The notes beneath the pieces are model-generated. The model was not told the DNA's origin and searched no databases. It worked only from the letters and a program-made list of their open reading frames with translations. A DNA stretch of 11,899 nucleotides from NCBI GenBank assembly GCA_019358935.1, contig JAHHIK010000167.1, forward strand, positions 1 through 11,899, read 5' to 3'. A program made the position numbers and the translations under genes. The stretch comes from Tolypothrix carrinoi HA7290-LM1. GTDB lineage: Bacteria > Cyanobacteriota > Cyanobacteriia > Cyanobacteriales > Nostocaceae. The first letter of the stretch is position 1; the number at the start of each line of letters is the position of its first letter. This document shows positions 8,241 to 11,899 of this stretch, piece by piece.

Positions 8241-9428
8241 CTATGCGTTTTTCACACGCTTGCGTCGGGAAGCAACTACTAAACCACCAACAGCAACTAA
8301 ACCGAAAATGGCTGAAGGTTCGGGTACAGTCTTGTAAGTCTTATTCCAAGAGTAAATGCCAGTGTGAGATGTAGTATCATTGGTCTTGTTGCGATCGCCT
8401 GCAATTGCACCGGAATCAGTTGCGCTGAAGCTAAAAGCGTAGTCAACTTGATCGTTGAAAGTTATCTTGGCAATTTCACTAACTTGGAATGGTGTATTTG
8501 TTAAGAATGCTGTTTTGGCTAAATTAAACAGCATCGCATCAAAGATTGCATTTCCTGTAGAGTTACGCGCTAAGTCAGGCGATTGCTTTAGATAATTCGG
8601 GTTAGGTATCGGCTTACCATAATTCGGATTATCTACCTTTACAGTAACGGTTTTAGTTTTAGTTGTCTTTTGACCCTTACTGTTTGTTACGATTTCAGTT
8701 ACGGTTTGGCGTTGGTTGATGTATTGATTAGTATCTATACCCAAGTTGGAGCGGGTATCTACATATTTTCCGGCTATATCCAAGTGTCCAACTAAATCAA
8801 CTTTTAAATTGCCAGTTTTTTGATTGTATGCAATATCCCCAATGTTGGCATCGCCAGCCGTGTTAAAACCGTTAGTGCTGAGGTAGCTGGCTATAGAAGC
8901 AAAGTTATTATTAAAATCTTTGAGCATATTAGAACCAGCAATTGTCGGAATGCTTGACATTAATCCGCTGTAAGCATTGCCAAAGCCTTTTAACCACGCT
9001 GTTGCTAATGTACCATCAGCCCAATCATCTTTAGTGACACTCTCAACCTTGATGGTATTCTTTCCTAAATTAGCAGTGAAGCCAACATGGTCTTTGACAA
9101 CTTCACCATCTGTAAATAGTTCAACGTTGGTAGCACTATCGTTATCTGTTAAAGCTGCGATCGCTTTATCGATGTTACCTTTATTTGTAGTATCATTTAA
9201 AACTCGTCGGTTAACGCCACCAATACCAGTGTTATCAGATTCCGCAGAACCATAAGTCCAGGTATTGATGTTAGGTTTATTCGCATCTGTGTTGTTGACA
9301 CCGTTGGTGGTGAATTGAATATTCGTAGGTTTGGTAAGGTTTGCAGCGAAAGCTGGAGTTGAAGCGATCGCGCTCATGCTTGCTGCTACCGTTGCACCTA
9401 CCAACAATTTTTTGATAGTTACTGTCAT
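8241..9428 (-). CDS. PEP-CTERM sorting domain surface protein (resembles cyanobacterial NF038130 family)
   Basis: Signal peptide (KKLLVGATVAASMSAIASTPAFA) and C-terminal VPEPS + TM + RRKRVK. Internal motifs NVELF, DLVGH, QVSEIAK, YAFSFSATDSG and SHTGIY recall that family (unverified). GGAG RBS upstream. Confidence 0.9.
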   Translation of the reverse strand: MTVTIKKLLVGATVAASMSAIASTPAFAANLTKPTNIQFTTNGVNNTDANKPNINTWTYGSAESDNTGIGGVNRRVLNDTTNKGNIDKAIAALTDNDSATNVELFTDGEVVKDHVGFTANLGKNTIKVESVTKDDWADGTLATAWLKGFGNAYSGLMSSIPTIAGSNMLKDFNNNFASIASYLSTNGFNTAGDANIGDIAYNQKTGNLKVDLVGHLDIAGKYVDTRSNLGIDTNQYINQRQTVTEIVTNSKGQKTTKTKTVTVKVDNPNYGKPIPNPNYLKQSPDLARNSTGNAIFDAMLFNLAKTAFLTNTPFQVSEIAKITFNDQVDYAFSFSATDSGAIAGDRNKTNDTTSHTGIYSWNKTYKTVPEPSAIFGLVAVGGLVVASRRKRVKNA

Positions 9429-9712
9429 AGTTATCTCCCTAATTTTTGATGTTGCGCGAATCTGTTTACTTGCAACAGATTCAGCCCTTTCATTAGCTAA
9501 TTTAATTTTTCTCCACTTTAATCAGGTAAAGTTTAAGTGAATTTATGAGGCTTTTTAGCTTAATAAAAAGGCGTTTTCATACTGATAGTATTTAGTGTTT
9601 ATACGCAATTAAAACTATTTTCAGTAGTTTTGCTCAAAGAACATGACGCAACACATTGACGGTGATATAAATTATTGTTGATGTTGCGTATTGCCCTCAA
9701 GAAAAAAAAGAT

Positions 9713-9750
9713 GGGGCTACACAAACAAAGCCCGCAGAACATCGCGGGCT
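9713..9750 (-). repeat. Small dispersed hairpin repeat (copy 2, partial, same family as 410..461)
   Basis: Reverse complement reads AGCCCGC-GATGTTCT-GCGGGCT-TTGTTTGTGTAGCCCC. Confidence 0.75.
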
Positions 9751-9902
9751 AACTTTCGCTGATTATTATGGAGAAATGGTATGAGCAAAAGCGAAGAGGA
9801 GTGTTGTGGGTATTGTCAAAACAGAACTACTCAAAGTGTTTAGTTTTTGTGGTTCAATAAAGTTAAAAGTACAATCAAACTTGTAGAGCAGCGCGAGATT
9901 TA

Positions 9903-10175
9903 ATGACTGTAAGGTTTATTTTAAGTGATTATGTTGAGCAAGCGATCGCACAAGCGGTTTACGACAAATTAGAAGATGGAACTTTGCCCTTGAGAATTCC
10001 CGAATGTAAGGGAGTAGTCGCCTTTGGTTTGACTTTGCGCGAGTGTGAAGATGAGTTACGCTCAACACTGGAAGACTGGATTTTGCTTGGGTTGAAATTG
10101 GGACATTCTTTACCAGTAATTGATAATATTGACCTTAATAAGGAGCCGACCCTTGAGCCGATGGACACCCTGTAA
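9903..10175 (+). CDS. hicB: HicB-family antitoxin, short form without a C-terminal DNA-binding domain
   Basis: 90 aa; LEDGT...IPECKGVVAFGLTLRECEDELRSTLEDWI...LP fits the partial RNase H-like HicB fold. Overlaps the downstream hicA-like gene. Confidence 0.8.
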   Translation: MTVRFILSDYVEQAIAQAVYDKLEDGTLPLRIPECKGVVAFGLTLRECEDELRSTLEDWILLGLKLGHSLPVIDNIDLNKEPTLEPMDTL

Positions 10176-10383
10176 GCGTCGGGATTTTGTGCAAAAATTG
10201 CGACTGCTAGGCAATGATTGTCCTTTTTATGGAACTAAGCATCAGTTTATGATTTACGCGGAATATCGCTTAACTATTCCCTCTAATGATGAGTATTCTG
10301 TACCGCAGCTGCGGATGATGGTTCGGGAAATTGAGGTAATTCTGGAACGGGAAATTACACTTGAAGAATGGAATAGTCTTTAA
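10153..10383 (+). CDS. hicA: HicA-family mRNA interferase toxin
   Basis: TTG start at 10153 with AAGGAG RBS at 10140-10145; 76 aa MSRWTPCKRRDFVQKLRLLG...GTKHQFM...LTIP...PQLRMMVREI. The conserved His is present. Overlaps hicB by 23 bp. Confidence 0.78.
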   Translation: MSRWTPCKRRDFVQKLRLLGNDCPFYGTKHQFMIYAEYRLTIPSNDEYSVPQLRMMVREIEVILEREITLEEWNSL

Positions 10384-10409
10384 GGTATTCGGTTTGTATG
10401 TTTATTTTA

Positions 10410-10475
10410 AATATAATGCGCGATCGCATTGCAGACTCATGCGATCGCATGAGTGTGGTTTAATAATTTTAGGTG
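10410..10475 (+). repeat. HIP1-anchored direct repeat, copy A
   Basis: 10439..10475 matches 11224..11260 at 33/37 nt, and 10410..10422 matches 11198..11210 at 12/13 nt. Confidence 0.85.
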
Positions 10476-10542
10476 TAGTTAAGTTTGATGGCTTAATGAA
10501 TTTTCACAGCACTCATGCGATCGACCGGGTTAGCTTCAAGCT

Positions 10543-10674
10543 AATTCATAATTATTAATTCATAATTCATAATTAAAAAGGCTTTGTACAAGCTGTTTGT
10601 ATCACGCAGTCCTGTTTCAGGTAGGGTTTAAATCCCCATCACCAAACATAATTATGAATTATAAATTATGAATT
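10543..10674. repeat. MITE-like dispersed element: inverted heptamer arms (AATTCAT)n ... (ATGAATT)n around a core of about 75 bp
   Basis: The left arm (10543-10574) and right arm (about 10649-10674) are reverse-complementary tandem heptamers. Confidence 0.7.
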
Positions 10675-10707
10675 TTTAAAGGCATACCCGGTTTTTTGAC
10701 GTTTTAC

Positions 10708-10869
10708 CTACCGCAGGAGGTAGAAGCAATCTTCACGGCGACCACCCCCGCGATAAGTACAATCACTCATTGCATTAGGTAAGTCATAGCTGGGTGATTG
10801 GTAGGCATCTGCTAGCGCTGGCATCGTAGAGGCGATCGCGTTAATCAACAAAACTGCTAAAATTTTCAT
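10708..10869 (-). CDS. Small secreted peptide (53 aa) with PatX/PatS-like RGxGR motif: MKILAVLLINAIASTMPALADAYQSPSYDLPNAMSDCTYRGGGRREDCFYLLR
   Basis: Manual translation from ATG 10869 to TAG 10708-10710. MK + hydrophobic core + PALA cleavage motif, and a C-terminal C-TYRGGGRRED-C. It is shorter than any ORF listed in the track. Confidence 0.65.
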   Translation of the reverse strand: MKILAVLLINAIASTMPALADAYQSPSYDLPNAMSDCTYRGGGRREDCFYLLR

Positions 10870-11197
10870 TGGTTTAGCTACTCGGATATTTAATTCATCA
10901 GGATTAGTCAGCTAATACCGGGTGCTTTCTCAAAACTTGTTCAGTCTTAAACTTTGGCTAATAGCAGTTTGGTGCGGTTGAACAGGTCGCAAGCGCGATA
11001 ATTAAAAAAATCAGCATTTTTTTTGAGCAAGAAAATATTCACACCTGCTACGAATTGCTGCTGTAAATGTTCATCACAGCAATCAAAGTTAGTAAACCAA
11101 AAAGTTCACCCATCATAGCGATCGCCCTTCGCTTAAGTCTTTTTTTAAGTACGATCGTGCCTGGTGGTACGCGAGATTTTATGAAAAAAAATATACG

Positions 11198-11260
11198 AAT
11201 GTAATGCGCGGCACAGCAGCAAAATGCGATCGCATGAGCGTGCTTTAATCCTTTTAGGTG
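11198..11260 (+). repeat. HIP1-anchored direct repeat, copy B
   Basis: AATGTAATGCGCG-N13-ATGCGATCGCATGAGCGTGCTTTAATCCTTTTAGGTG; matches copy A at 10410..10475. Confidence 0.85.
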
Positions 11261-11271
11261 GAAAAGTGACA

Positions 11272-11502
11272 AGGAACACCATCATTCAACCTCAGAAGTT
11301 GATAATTCAAGCTTTGAGGTTCATCATCCGAGTTCTGAAGCTGAAAGTTGAGCTTCTGAAGCTGAAAGTTGAGCTTCTGAAGCTGAAAGTTGAGCTTCTG
11401 AACATGAAAGTTGAGCTTCTGAAGCTGAAAGTTGAGCTTCAACACTGCAAAATCCGAGTTGAGAACTTCATCGTTGAGGCTATGACGTTGAATTTTACTG
11501 CT
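11272..11502. repeat. 21-bp tandem array: 5 near-identical core units CTGAAGCTGAAAGTTGAGCTT (11335..11439) with 3 degenerate in-phase units on each side
   Basis: Units start at 11272, 11293, 11314, 11335, 11356, 11377, 11398, 11419, 11440, 11461 and 11482. Confidence 0.92.
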
Positions 11503-11683
11503 TTGAATCCCCAGAGCGCTTATTTGCCTCAGGCAGCAATTGACCCAAATACCCGCCAACGCCGACTGAGCTTAAAGTCGCCTGCATGTCGGGCGGAAAT
11601 TATGATCGGCGAGCGATCGCACCAGCGCACCAATTACCAGAATAATTACGATTACAGACCTAACAGTTAATCAGTACAACATC

Positions 11684-11898
11684 CTAACTTCCATCCATTT
11701 TTTGCATGTGCTTTAGTTGCAGTTTGAGTTCTTTGATTTCATCAAAAAGTCGCTGCCGCTTTCTGGTCAATTCCCAAATTTACGTAACGCATTTCCCACT
11801 TTGGCGTTTTAGCTACCAACAACTTCTAATGCATTGAGAGTACTTTGTCCAATTGATTGAATACTGTTTAATAAATTAGCAGCTGCTTGATAAATACG
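11684..11898 (-). pseudogene. Decayed gene fragment(s), possibly prophage-like
   Basis: One frame reads RIYQAAANLLNSIQSIGQSTLNALEVVGS*NAKVGNALRKFGN*, with TAA at 11809-11811 inside a continuous amphipathic helix. A second frame then reads ELTRKRQRLFDEIKELKLQLKHMQKMDGS* to 11684. Confidence 0.4.
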
Positions 11899-11899
11899 A

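Larger units (their letters stand above)
392..11620. repeat. HIP1 octamer GCGATCGC, about 17 dispersed copies
   Basis: Copies start at 392, 1041, 2811, 3275, 5151, 6099, 6601, 8391, 9157, 9364, 9942, 10420, 10441, 10832, 11118, 11226 and 11613 (manual count). Confidence 0.95.

Noticed and set aside
813..9540. Short antisense or nested ORFs within the large genes (e.g. 813..1034, 1576..1815, 4169..4642, 5504..5758, 6593..6904, 8977..9255, 9331..9540)
   Set aside because: Shadow ORFs of well-supported CDSs with no recognisable motifs.
10361..10558. ORF 10361..10558 and the longer start (10120) for hicA
   Set aside because: The first runs through palindromic repeat DNA with no protein features. 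For hicA, TTG 10153 has a properly spaced AAGGAG.
10708..10869. Naming the peptide gene patX or patS
   Set aside because: The motif is RGGGR rather than RGSGR/RGTGR, and the context is accessory, so orthology is unsupported.

Overview
Chromosomal window from a filamentous, probably heterocyst-forming (Nostocales-like) cyanobacterium. This assignment rests on about 17 HIP1 octamers (GCGATCGC), 7-bp STRR tracts and cyanobacterial-type genes. The core middle holds a CrtISO-like FAD oxidoreductase (-), an MlaF/MlaD-type lipid ABC ATPase plus MCE protein (+), a DUF3288-like protein (-), a ClpC-type chaperone that is probably a paralog (+), and a PEP-CTERM protein (-). Both flanks look accessory: gene fragments, two unrelated 21-bp tandem arrays, small dispersed repeats, a hicB-hicA toxin-antitoxin pair and a decayed, possibly phage-like gene at the right edge. 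The best lead is a 53-aa ORF missing from the ORF track (10708..10869, -). It encodes a signal peptide and a Cys-bracketed YRGGGRR motif resembling the RGSGR/RGTGR HetR-inhibitor motif of PatS/PatX, and lies between two HIP1-anchored direct repeats. A candidate structured RNA lies between DUF3288 and clpC. Family names come from recalled motif similarity; no searches were run.
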